Shown one piece after another: positions 1-24,092 of a stretch of 64,000 bases of DNA. A program made the position numbers and the translations under genes. How positions within the stretch are numbered: position 1 is the stretch's first letter; each line of letters starts with the position of its first letter. Source of the stretch: Felis catus. Taxonomy: Eukaryota. The notes below the pieces were generated by a model that saw only the letters and a program-made list of their open reading frames with translations, was not told the DNA's origin and did no database searches. The DNA is taken from the NCBI RefSeq assembly GCF_018350175.1, contig NC_058369.1, positions 163,308,001-163,372,000 on the forward strand. Reading direction: 5' to 3'.

Positions 1-205
1 GAGTCCCAGCTCTCTCTCCATCAGACATCCCCTGGCCGCATGGTCTGTCTGCCTCTCTCCCTGGTGGGAATGACAGCATCCACAGGGCCACCTCGGCCTG
101 AACCAGCTCAACTCCGTCCCAGGCTTGGGGTGCTGTGAGAGGCAGACCTGAGCCCCCTGGGGCCTGGGGCACCGGCTTCCAGGTCTCTCAAAAGGCAGTG
201 GACAC
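1..205 (-). other. ASB10: ASB10 non-coding 3' UTR exon (continues off the window)
   Basis: Donor GTGAGT immediately follows the TAG stop (348-343); polypyrimidine acceptor CCTCTCCTTGCAG ends at 206. Confidence 0.7.
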
Positions 206-348
206 CTGCAAGGAGAGGCGTGGACTCAGAGAGGTCACACGGTCCAGGGGGCTGGCCGGTTCTGGCCAAGGCCCTGCCCCCAACTCTTCTCTTGCCTCCT
301 ACCCGTCCTTCTAAACGGCTGGGACTGCCCAGAGACCCCAGGACTCAC

Positions 349-3300
349 CTAGTAGAGTACGTCCTCAAAATCCAGCTGCACGTAGCGGAGCAGGCGGGGT
401 GGCAGGGGAAGGCGGGGGAGGGCGTGGGGCAGGCAGGCTGCCAGGTGGGCACGGAGGGCACAGCGGCTCAGGTGCTGCAGGGATCTGGGCTGTCTCACCA
501 AGGCGAAAAGGGACGAGTAGAAACGGTGGTGCTTCTGGGGACAGAAGGAGGGGCTCAGCGAGGCAGCCTTGGACAAATGGCACCCATTTCTCCTAAAGCG
601 GGGAGGCTGGGGGCCAACAGGTGTCTACGGGAGCCTATAAGAAGAAGTGTTTGGGGTGTTCACTCTGTGGGTTTTCTTCTTCTGGGATGTGAGCAGGTCT
701 CTGGTAGTTTCTGAGGGGCAGGGTGGGGGAACCGACAGAGCTTCCCTGTAGGAGGTGGGAGTCTCTTGGGGCCGGGCTGAGTGACTGCGTGTTTTCAGGG
801 TCCTGGAATCTGACCTGCAGAGTTTCAGGAGGCACCAGGGCCATGGCCTCCTCGGGAAGCTGCGTGATGCTGTAGGTGTTCATCAGGACCTCGATGGTCC
901 TCGGAGACGTGCACCAGCGTTCCAGCACCTGGAGGAGGCAGAGACGCATCAGTGCTCCTGGGGTTACCACACACTGCAGGCTCCCCAGCCAGGCTGCACG
1001 GGATGATCAGACATCCCTTGGTGTCCCAATAGGACAGCTGCCATGGGTTGAGTTGTGTCTCCCCATCCACCCCGACCCAACACGTTGAAGTCCTAATCTC
1101 CATTAGAAATCCCCTATTTAGAAATAGGATCTTTGCAGTTGTGATCAAGTTAAAATGAGGTCATTAGGGAGGGACTTCAGAGAGAAGGGACAAGGCCAGG
1201 AGAGGCCTGATGAAGGAGCGGTGGTGGAGTCCAGTTGGATCCAGATTTGTTCTTTCATTTCCTTGTTTAGTAAATATTTACGGAGGGCCACTATGGGCCG
1301 AGCACTGGGGCCCCAGCCATCAGGATGACGGACAGGTCCTTGTCAGCTGGGAACTTCTATTTCCGTGGGAAAAAACAATAACCACATAAATAACCACTTA
1401 CAGCTAAGCCGCCACGATGAAAAATAAGTAGGCATAGCGACTGAGCATGGTTGGGAGAGTGCTGTCCTAGATGGGTGGTCAAGAAAAGCCTCTCTGAGGA
1501 GGTGACCTGATTGGGTGAAGAGTGAGCCATGCTGGGAGAGCAGCCCATGCCAGAGACTGCCCACAAGGAAAGAAAGACAGCCGCACTTGGCCTGAGTGCA
1601 CACACACACACATACACACACGTGCACACACCATCATACTCACCGGGGTCTGCACGGTCTATCTGGAAACATTTGTTTCATTCATTCCGTGTCTTCTGCC
1701 GTATCTCAAGCTATAGGCAGTGGCCGCAAACCCTTTGTAAAATCTGAGAACAGCTAAGTGCTATCTCTCTGGCGGCGTTCCTGTGCATAATACCCGTCTC
1801 CCCCCACACACTTACATGTAACATTGGGGACTTTAAAACCCTTCTGCCTGGCAGGCTGGGAATGCGGCATGTGCCTCGTGCTGCTGGGTGGCGGGAGCAG
1901 GGCCCCTGAGAAAGCACCGCACACACCTGAAGCCCTCTGCTTCTTGCCCTGCATCTTGGCAGCGCTCTCTGGAGCCCCATCCCGTCTGCCCAGAGCAGGT
2001 CTCTGACTTCCTCCTCCTTAGATCTAGGAAAGAACAGTCTGGTCACATCTGGCTCTCCTGCTCTTACCTGCTACTCCTGTCTGCTGTTCAGGCGGGGCCT
2101 CCCAGCCCACGCTGGTTCCTGTCTCTGCGCTGCCTGGAATGCCTGGGCCCTCCTCCTGCATTTGCAAGCCCTGCCCACTCCAAGTCCCATCCCTTCCAGG
2201 AAGCCTCCTGCGGCCCTTCCGCCTGAATCTCTCTCCCTATATTGGGATGATGCCCAGCAGCTTTCCGGACCTTTTCACACGTTATTTAACTTAGAACAGC
2301 ATGAGCTAACAGGTGTTGAGCACCGACTCTAGGTTAGGCCCTGTCTAAAGGGCTTTTCTTTTTTTTTAAGTTTATTTATTTTGAGAGAGAGAGAGAATCC
2401 CAAGCAGGCTCCATGCTGTCAACACAGAGCCCAACTTATTGGGGCTCGAACTCATGAACCGTGAGATCATGACCTGAGCTGCAATCAGGCATCAGACACT
2501 TAACCAACTGAGCCACCCGGGTGCCCCAACTGTCTAAAGGGCTTTATATGGGAGCGCCTGGGTGGGTCAGTCGGTTGAGTGTCCGACTTCGGTTCAGGTC
2601 ATGATCTCACGCTCGTGGGTTCAAGCCCCACATCAGGCTCTGGGCTGACAGCTCAGAGCCTAGAGCCTGCTTCAGATTCTGTGTCTCCTTCTCTCTCTGC
2701 CCCTCCCCCACTCACACACACTCTGCCTCTCAAAAATAAATAAAATGTAAAAAAAAAATGTTAAGGGCTTTATATGGATGAAACTCAGTTCTCATACTGA
2801 GCCTAAGAAGCAGGCACGTTCTTCTGCCCTTGTTTTACAGATGAGGAAACTGAGGCCCAGAGAGATTAAGCAACTTGCCGAGGGGCACACGGGTAGTACG
2901 TAAGGCTCCAGAGCCTGCATTCTTAGTCACCACCTACTTCAGAGTTTGTTGGGAAAACTGTTGGGAGGAACCCACGTAGCAGGCAACACACTTTAGAAAG
3001 TGTCTGGTGGTAGTTAGGGCTATGCTCACTCCTGTTATCCGCGAGGCTCCTATACCTATAGCTTTTTATCACTGGTGGGTAGGACACTGTATTACATGCA
3101 AGGAACACGCGTTCAAAGAGTTCCAGTGACTTCCCTATAGCCACAGGAACAAGCTCAGGTTTCCTGAGCACTCAGTGGCTCCTGGAGAGCTGGCTGGGCC
3201 TGGCAGTGATCACAGATGACTTCTTTCAGGGAGACAGGGACCTCTGGCAAGCGTGGGGCCACTGAAGATCATAGGAGATGGAGGCAGACTCCTTCTTGAA

Positions 3301-6300
3301 CTTTTTGATCACCTGGGGCGAGGCGCCCAGAGGAGGGGAGGAATGGGGCACTTGGTTGTGCCCGCCCCTTGGTCCTTAAGGCAGGGCAGAGCAGGGCGAA
3401 GAGACAGGGGCAGTGGGGTCCCAGGAAATCTGTTTGCTGCTCTGCCTCCTTCTTCCAACCCCTCCCTGAAGGGGAAATCATTAGCTNNNNNNNNNNNNNN
3501 NNNNNNNNNNNNNNNNNNNNNNNNNNNNNNNNNNNNNNNNNNNNNNNNNNNNNNNNNNNNNNNNNNNNNNNNNNNNNNNNNNNNNNNNNNNNNNNNNNNN
3601 NNNNNNNNNNNNNNNNNNNNNNNNNNNNNNNNNNNNNNNNNNNNNNNNNNNNNNNNNNNNNNNNNNNNNNNNNNNNNNNNNNNNNNNNNNAGGGCCAGCA
3701 GAGGAATGTCCAGGACCAGGCAGGGCTGGACAGTTCAAGCCCAGAGATGGGGCAGGGGACCTGCTCACAGCCTGCTGCTCTGTATCCATTCTGACTGGGC
3801 TCTTCAGAAGTGGGGGGGGGGGGGGGCAGTCCCTGCCCCAGGCCCAGCACCCTCTGTGACATTACATGGCCCCCTCCAGACACGACACGGCATGGGACAG
3901 GGCCCCCTGCCAGGACATCAGTAGCACAGATCTTCAAGTTGAACCCACTATGGGAATATTTTATGTTAATAAGATACAGACAGGAAATTGACAGTGAAAG
4001 GCTTTTTCTCCCGTGTCAGGATAGCAGCTGCTGGTCTGGGTGATGCACGTCCTGCTAAGCTCTCAAAAACAGGGACCGTGTCTGTCTGCAAAAGGTCAGG
4101 AGGCTTTGAACCTCATGACCCAGGCTCATCGCTCTGCTCTGGGGAAGCCTCTCCTGGGCACAGAATGTCTCACTGAACGGATCCCACGGCCAGGCAGAGC
4201 TTCCTGCACGATTCTTTCATTGGCTTGCCCCCCTGATGAAGAAAGGACTCCCTGAAGCCCACATCAGTCCTGGTTCCCGTCTTTTCAATGCATGACAATC
4301 TGGCCCCCTGCCCTCAATCCACCTCCATCACACACGTGTGCATGCACACACGCATGCATACACATTTATGCACACGCACGTGTATATGCATGAGCACGTG
4401 TGTGTGTGCACGCACACACACACAACACACACATACACCCCTCCTGCTGGTCTGCGTCCTTGTCTTTGCCCCCTACTGGGCTTTGCTTGCTTGATGAATG
4501 AAAGATGATGAACTGAGTCACGTGCTCAGATGTGTCAGGCTGCATCTAGAGCAAGTGGGAACACAGGTCTGAGTCCCCTCATCCCCTCCCCATCATGGCC
4601 CTCCCCTCGGGCCCCAGCCCCATACCTTGGGGAGGGCCCCAGGCCAGACGCGGACGGCACCATGGTTAAGCAGAGCTCGCACTGCGTGCTCTGGGCTCTG
4701 GGCCAAGGCCGCAGCTGGGCCCTGTAGAGCGCAGTGCAGGGGCGTGTGTCCCCCATAGTCCATGGCATTGGCACTGACACCGCAGGACAGGAGCAGCTCC
4801 ACGACGGCCGCGTGACCACGGCGACAGGCCAGGTGCAGGGGCCGGCGCTTGTCCTGGTCGGCAGCATCGGCCTCGGCTCCAGCCGAGAGCAGCAGGTGGC
4901 ACAGCTGGAGGCAGCGGGCGGTGGTGGCCTCGGCCTCGGCGGAGGATGTGCAGCGGATGTCACAGGCAGCCAGCAGTGGGGTCCAGCCTTCGACATTCCG
5001 GGCATTCGGGCATGCCCCCCGTCTCAGAAGGAGTTCCGCCAGTTCCACGTGGCCCAGCCGGGCGGCCACGTGCAAAGGGGTCTCCTCCTCCTCCTCAGAC
5101 CGGCCATCCACTTTCGCCCCAAACCTCAGGAGCAGTTCTGCGCACCTGGTGAGGGCGAAATGGCAGTGGGGAGGAAGACGGGGCCCTGCGCTCCTACCTG
5201 TCCGAGCAAAGCAAAGCGGGGGGGGGGGGGGCGTCTTGATGGATCAGGCGGGCTCATTCTATTCTCCGGCCCACATTCCTATGTGTTTAAAATTCTCCAT
5301 GAAAATTTTAAAAATACTTCTGTTTACTCGGGAGAGGAAAGGACCATGATCACTGGGTGTGATCTCCGAGAGGCTGGACTAGAACACGACGAGCAGTAAC
5401 AATGTGGGCTTGTATAGAGCTGTGCTGTCCAGCCACGCACAGCAATTGAGCTCCTGTACTATGACGCCTCCTAATTGAGACGTGCTATTAGTAAAGTACG
5501 CACCCAGCTTGAGGACTTGGTACAAAAAAGAGAATGTAAAATGTCTCGTTAGTTTTTTTTTTTTATATATATATCGAGTACATGTTGAAGTGACAACATT
5601 TTGGAGATACGTGTTGAATAAAATATATTATTGAAATTAATTCCAGCTGTTCCACAGATATTTGTATGCCCACATTCACAGCAGCGCTATTCACAACAGC
5701 CGAAATGCGAAAGCAAGCTAATCGTTCAGCGGCAGATCAATGGATGAAGTGCAGTTATCTACAGGGGTTGCGTGGATGGCTCAGTGGGTTAAGCATCTGA
5801 CTTCGGCTCAGGTCATGATCTCACGCTCGTGAGTTCGAGCCCTGCATCGGGCTCTGTGCTGACAGCTCGGAGCCTGGAACCTGTTTTGGATTCTGTGTCT
5901 CCCTCTCTCTCTGACCCTACCCCCCGTTCATGCTCTGTCTCTCCGTGTCTCAAAAATAAATAAACGTTAAAAAAAAAATCTTTTAAAAAAGTAGCTCATT
6001 TAGGGGCGCCTGGGTGGCTCAGTCAGTTAAGCATCTGACTTCAGCTCAGGTCATGATCTCACGGTCCGTGAGTTCAAGCCCTGCATCGGGCTCTGTGCTG
6101 ACCGCTCGGAGCCTGGAACCTGCTTTGGATTCTGTGTCTCCCTCTTTTTCTCCCCCTCTCCTGCTCACACTCTGTCTCTCTCTCTCTCTCTCAAAAATAA
6201 ACAAACATTAAAAAAAATTTTTTTAAAGAAATGGTTAGGATGGTAAATGTTATGTTAGAAGTATTTTACCTCACTTAAAAATTTTTAATTTCATCTATTT

Positions 6301-8591
6301 CTTTTTTTAAGATTTTATTTTTAAGTAATCTCTATACCCAATGTGGGGCTCGAACTCACAACCCCGAGATCAAGAGTCATAAGCTCTACTGACTGAACCA
6401 GTCAGGCACCACATTACTGTTCATCTTTTTTTTTTTTTTTAAGTTTACTTATTTATTTTGAGAGAGAGAGGCAGAGGGAGAGACAGAGAGAATCCCAAAC
6501 AGGCTCCTCACAGTCAGTGCAGAGCCTGACGCGGGGCTCGAACTCACGAGCCACGAACCATGAGACCCCACGACCCGAGCCGAAATCAAGAGTCAGACAC
6601 TTTACTGACTGAGCCACCCAGGTGTCCCATATTTCATCCTTCTGATAAAGCTACTAGAAAATTTTAAATTACATACGTGGCTCACATTATATTTCTATTG
6701 GAACACACTGGTATGGAATATACCTTCAACCATAGTAAGTCAGTGGAGTCTGCTGAAGGATAAATTAACAGGAGGGAGGTTCACAAAAGGAATAAAAATG
6801 TGGCCTCATTCAGAAGCAAGATGTGAAATTTGTCAAGTGTGCAGTCAGTAGAGGGCCTCTATTGTATGTACAGTTCGTTCATGGATTTGCCAAGGCTCCG
6901 ATTGCCCGGATTCCGTGCTCATCAAAAAATTGAGTGATGGAGCGCCTGGGTAGCTCAGTCGGTTGAGCATCCGACTTCGGCTCAGGTCATGATCTCACGG
7001 TTCGTGAGTTTGAGCCCCGCATCGGGCTCTGTGCTGACAGCTCGGAGCCTGGAGCCTGCTTCGGATTCTGTGTCTTCCTCCCTCTCTGCACCTCCCCCAC
7101 TCACACTTTGTCTCTCTCTCTCTCTCTCTCAAAAACAAATAAACATTAAAAAAATTTTTTTTTAATTGAGCGAGGACTCATCCCCCAATGCTTCCTACAC
7201 GTAGGGCATAATTATTTGGGTCGCAGTAAAGGAATTTCCCGCACACGAAATAATACATTGTCACATGGGTATGTCCATCGGTTTCTTGTGAGTTTAGTTA
7301 GTTGAGCTTGGTCCCTAGGCCCATCGTATCTGAAGGTACCTGCCAATAGGGAAATGCCAGACCCGCCAAGGTAGGACCAGACCCTGCCCACAGGGATTGA
7401 TGCGTGCCCCAACTGGGGGCTGTTATCCTTTACAGACTATCCGGATCACTCCTGGACGGTCAGCTCTCTGAGGGCAGGATCATGCCTCAGTTCCTGCTGT
7501 ACTGAGCACGGTGCCTGGAACGTTGGATAATCTCAGAAAAACCAAAACTTCATAGTATACCGCCTCCCCACAATGGATCTGGACAACTTCCCCAACATAG
7601 GCTCCGCAGCTGGGTCCCCGCCACAGCCCTCCGACACCCCTGGGGAAGCAGAAGCTGTCCCAGGTACAGGCCGGTCCGAAGTTCCGGGGCCAGCTGGCAG
7701 GACGGTTTGGGGAGTAACCACATCCTGACTCTCCACCTGAGCCCCGTCTCCTCTAGCCCGACCCACCAGGCCTGCCAGCCCCCAATATGTTCCCTCATCC
7801 TCCCCGAGGTCACCTCTCTGCCTGCCCGAAGAGTGGAACGGGGGTTGGGGCGAGGGGTCACTCACTCGAGGGTGCCAGCCCCCCGGCAGAGGTGCAAGGG
7901 GAGTTTGCCGTCCTGGTCAGGGATGTTGGGGTCGGCTCCTGCCACCAGCAGTACGTGGACACAGGCAGCGTGGCCCGCGGCACAGGCCTCATGCAGGGCG
8001 GTGCGGCCCCCGGGGGCACTGTCGGGCCTTGCCCGCCGCCTCAGCAGCAGCCGCAGAATGTCCGTGTGGCCCCGGCTAGCCGCCACGTGCAGCGGGGTGG
8101 TCAGCTCCTCTTCGTACGTCAGAGACCAGAGTCCTAGGGAGAGAGGGACATGGGCCTCAGACCCTGAAGACAGGCAGAGAGCAGCAGAGGAGGTGGGCAG
8201 AGGCTGGGAAGAGGGAGCTCAGGGCTCTGTCCCCAGCCTCCCCGCTCCCGCTCAGACCCCCCCAGTGCCCCTGGCCCGTACTCAGAGCCCGGATGTTGAA
8301 GCGGAAATCCCTCCATCGCTCTGGGTCGCTGGTGTCAAAGACGGAATCCGGAGCCAGGCCGGTGCTGGAGTCGGCGAGGAGGCGGGAGACAGAGCCCGCG
8401 TCCCCGGCCAGCACTGCCTGCCAGAAGGCCAGGGCAGGTCCCGAGGCCGTACGGGTGACGATGGGTCCCGAGCCAGACTCTGGACGCTCTGCAGACCCTC
8501 TGCTGGGCCTCTCCACCAGCCTGGCACAGAGGGCATGTCTGTCACCGGGGGGTTCCCCCGGCCCCCTGCACTCTTCTGGGGACCAGCTCAT
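349..8591 (-). CDS. ASB10: Ankyrin repeat and SOCS box protein 10, proximal-first-exon isoform (465 aa)
   Basis: Coding exons 8282-8591 (MSWSPEEC...NIRAL), 7866-8133, 4626-5145, 815-928, 349-534. All introns are GT-AG and phases join (1398 nt). Ankyrin repeats ([31 protein letters not shown]) and a C-terminal SOCS box ([13 protein letters not shown]...[10 protein letters not shown]); TAG at 349-351. Confidence 0.96.
2357..2527 (-). mobile_element. Can-SINE
   Basis: tRNA-derived head, (GA)n, polyT; TSD CTGTCTAAAGGGCTTT at 2341 and 2530. Confidence 0.9.
2550..2758 (+). mobile_element. Can-SINE (SINEC_Fc-like)
   Basis: GGAGCGCCTGGGTGG head, AATAAA/polyA tail; TSD AAGGGCTTTATATG at 2537 and 2763. 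Confidence 0.9.
2775..2920 (-). mobile_element. MIR SINE fragment
   Basis: Core TTTTACAGATGAGGAAACTGAGGCCCAGAGAGATTAAGCAACTTGCC. Confidence 0.7.
5418..6716 (+). mobile_element. MER33/MER3-like hAT element split by an L1 3' UTR fragment and four Can-SINEs
   Basis: Left part ~5418-5645, right part ~6630-6716; L1-like ~5650-5760; SINEs ~5764-5980(+), 6003-6217(+), 6301-6410(-), 6426-6628(-). Confidence 0.65.
6939..7155 (+). mobile_element. Can-SINE (SINEC_Fc-like)
   Basis: Typical head, (CT)n and A-rich tail. Confidence 0.9.
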
Positions 8592-8929
8592 GAGGACAGA
8601 GTATGAGCTTGTGGGAAGAGGCGTAGGGGGAGGAGGGGGAGGGAGGGGGCAGAGGCAGAGAGAGAGGGAGAGGGGGAGGGAAACGGGGGACGGATGGAGG
8701 GAGAGGGTCTCTGTGTCCCCGAGCTGAGCCTGACCCGGCCACGCGGTTCAGCAGAAGCTATTCTGGGCTCCGCATGACTTCACTCCTGGGCCAAGGCTTA
8801 GGCAAGCCTCTGGGTAGGGGAGATGTAGCCAGGGGCTTCTCCTCTTCCTCAAGCACTTGGTGTCTCTGTGCCTGATGGGGTTAACCCCGGCCCCCGGTCC
8901 TCAGCCCTCCACTCCCGGCAGCCCCTCAC

Positions 8930-9059
8930 CCCTCTGGTGACTGCTCCAACGAGGCTCGGCGGCCCGGTGCTCCAGGACCAGGTCGGCTGTGCTGTGCGGG
9001 GGAAACAGCTCCTGCAACCTCGCCAGGTCTCCCGTGTACAGGGCGTTCTGCAGGGCCAT
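8930..9059 (-). CDS. ASB10: ASB10 alternative distal first coding exon (MALQNALYTGDLARLQELF...SSHQR)
   Basis: Donor G|GTGAG at 8930/8929 is phase 1 and joins exon 7866-8133 as HQR-G-LWSL. First in-frame ATG is 9057-9059; the upstream ATG at 9197-9199 is out of frame. Confidence 0.75.
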
Positions 9060-9321
9060 ATCGCGGCACAGTAGAGGCGACGGCCGAGTCGGCTCCCGGG
9101 CTGGGCCGGACCGGGACCCCCAGACCCGGCAGGCAGGGGCCGAAGGACGGCTCCCCAGACGGTGTCCCCAGGGGGAGGGGAGCTCCTTCTTCCAGGCATA
9201 GCCAGTTTCTGGGAGAGAGGGAGCCAAAGAAGCAGGCCTCGGGACGATTCCACTGGCTGACGGGGCCTGAGCCAGGCCGAGGCCTGGAGTGGGAGGGGCA
9301 GGGGAGCACACGCAGGCCATA

Positions 9322-9331
9322 CCATAAATAG
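9322..9331 (-). promoter_or_regulatory. Candidate MEF2/CArG/TATA-like element upstream of the ASB10 distal first exon
   Basis: CCATAAATAG is one mismatch from both MEF2 CTAWWWWTAG and CArG CC(W)6GG; ~125 bp upstream of ATG 9199. Confidence 0.35.
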
Positions 9332-9869
9332 CCCCGGCTGTCCTAGCTGTCGGTCCCAGGGAAGGAGGCTTCAGGCTGGAGTGGGAATTAGGGAGGAGCT
9401 GGACAGCAGAGAGGGGATCAAGCCCCCCGACCCTGAGTTTCACCCTGGAGTTGACCGCTGTCAGGGTTGAAAGGGTCACCCAGATCGTGGGATCCAGCCT
9501 GCACTTTCACAGGTAAAGGAAAACGGAGCCCACACGTGCCAAGTGCTTTGCCCAAGGTGCGAGTTTGTTGCAGATCCGGGACCAGAATGAGGGCGGAGGG
9601 CGGAGTGGGGGGGCTCTCAAGCTGCCATTTTCATACCCTCTCTCATCGATCATGTGCTTCACCAAGCCAGCCTCCAGTGGCCTGGGCTCTGATCCCAGAG
9701 GGAGGGCATGTGGGTGCCAGGAAATTCTTCCTGCCGTCCCAAATGTCACCAATTAGCCCCGCACACCCTTCCCCCCCAAACCAAGGAAAGAGTCCACGGT
9801 AGTGACACATGGCAGAGAGCGCCCTACTCCACGAGGCACTCCTTCTAGGGGCTGTCTAGAAGACAGACC

Positions 9870-10092
9870 TGGGGCGCCTGGGTGGCTCAGTCGGTTAAGC
9901 GTCTGACTTCGACTCAGGTCACGATCTTGCGGTTTGTGAGTTCGAGCCCCGCGTCGGGCTCTGTGCTGACAGCTCAGAACCTGCTTCGGATTCTGTGTCT
10001 CCCTGTCTCTCTGCCCCTCCCCTGCTCATGCTCTGTCTCTCTCTGCCTCAAAAAAAAATGAATAAAAACATTAAAAAAATTAAAAAAAAAAA
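9870..10092 (+). mobile_element. Can-SINE (SINEC_Fc-like)
   Basis: Typical consensus; TSD TAGAAGACAGAC. Confidence 0.9.
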
Positions 10093-10493
10093 ATAGAAGA
10101 CAGACTTCCGCCTGGAGGATACCGCCTGGAGGATAGAGGCTCGGTCCACAGGCAGCAACAGAAACTCCCAGTGTCCACCCTAGGTGCTGCCCCCCTCTGG
10201 CCACCCCAGGTCTGACCCTTCCATCTCCCTGGATGTCTCCTGGATCTCCCATGTCTGCCTGCCAAGGTTAGAGGGGCCTCAGTCGGGGGGTGAGAAGGAG
10301 GAAATGGGTCTCAGGATAACAAGACTACTTTCATTTGGAGAGATAAGAAGGAAACCAGGGAGAAAGAGAACTCGAAACCCATCCCCGGGCAGCCCCACCA
10401 CCTGCCCTGGGCTTGCTCCTCGGGTCTCATCTCGTCTGGCTCTCATTGGCCTCCATGAGCGGCAGAATATACCTTGACTTCTATTCACACACT

Positions 10494-10710
10494 CTTTTTT
10501 TTTAAATTTTTTAATTTTTGAGACAGAGAGAGACACAGCCTGAGCAGGGGAGGGGCAGAGAGAGAGAGAGAGGGAGACACAGACTCCGAAGCAGGCTCCA
10601 GGCTCTGAGCCGTCAGCACAGAGCCCGATGCGGGGCTTGAACCCACGAACCGCGAGATCATGACCTGACCCGAAGTTGGACGCTTAACCGACCGAGCCAC
10701 CCAGGCGTGC
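10494..10710 (-). mobile_element. Can-SINE (SINEC_Fc-like)
   Basis: Typical consensus on minus strand; TSD ACAC(A/G)CTCTTT. Confidence 0.9.
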
Positions 10711-11541
10711 CAAACTGACACGCTCTTTATGCTGCTTCCTCTGAGAGAGCCCGGGGCTCTCAGCCCTCAGTGCCCCCAACTCTTCCCTCCCCAGCAAGGG
10801 GGACCCACAGATGAACTTCCATCCAGGGGCGTGCGGCCCTGGGTCCCATTCTCTGGTCCCACCGGCCCCCTGAGGGACAGGCTCTGGGTCAGAGGAAGAG
10901 CTCGGGCAGGTGGGCAGGGGGCGTTTCAGAAAGATGTGGGGACCACACATTGTAGAGCCAGCGCCTACTACACCTTTTCTCCCTAGAACCTTCCTCCGCC
11001 CCACCCCACTGCTGCCTAAGAGTCCTCACCACCCCCGACACACTTTTGCAGAATAATCAAACCCTAGAGCACCGGGGACCTCGGAGGGTGGCTGGTCCAA
11101 CCTCTCCTCGCTTTACACGTAAGGAAACTGAGGCCCAGAGACCGGAGGGGGCTGTGTAAGATCACACAGAGACTTAGCACCGAGTGAGGCGAGGACCGGG
11201 GGCTGCTGACAGCCACACTTGTTTTTTTCTTTTTCCAGACTTAGTGGAGACCCCCCTTTCTTCCTGGCTCTTTTTCTTTTCCTATTGTTCTCTCTTAACA
11301 CCCCCCCCCCAGGAGGAAGAGAGCTGGGGAGCCAGGACAGGAAATGACAGGAGATGGAGGCCTGGGTGGGGTCAGAGGACAAGGACCTGGGACACGAGCA
11401 GAGAAGGCTATGAGTGGGCGAGGACTGAGGACCAGGAGGGGTGCGGCATGAGGGGGAGCCTGGGCACAGGCAGGGGGCACAGAGCAGGGGCGGGAAGCAT
11501 GGAGATGGACAGAGAGAGCTGCTCCCCAAGCCGTGTGGGCG

Positions 11542-11547
11542 TTTATG
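11542..11547 (-). terminator. Candidate variant polyA signal (CATAAA) of IQCA1L
   Basis: CATAAA ~75 nt after the stop; I saw no AATAAA nearby. Confidence 0.35.
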
Positions 11548-11622
11548 TCTCTGCCCCCGGCCCTCCACCTGCGGGCACCGCCCAGTCCCCCTTGCTAAGC
11601 CCGGGCGCCCTGGCCTCAGCCA

Positions 11623-24092
<12,470 letters not shown>

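Noticed and set aside
6014-6211. Repeated 'MAQSV...[19 protein letters not shown]' ORFs (also 42789, 44348, 50149, 52219)
   Set aside because: Translations of the Can-SINE consensus, not a gene family.
6301-6410. tRNA-like sequences in short elements (also ~32845-32922, ~48992-49100)
   Set aside because: They carry A-rich tails and SINE-type sequence, so they are short Can-SINEs rather than tRNA genes.
7707-8606. 299-aa + strand ORF
   Set aside because: Antisense shadow of GC-rich ASB10 exons 1-2; non-ATG start and no recognisable domain.
10108-10135. Tandem CCGCCTGGAGGATA x2
   Set aside because: Simple 14-bp local duplication; no spacer array or other structure.
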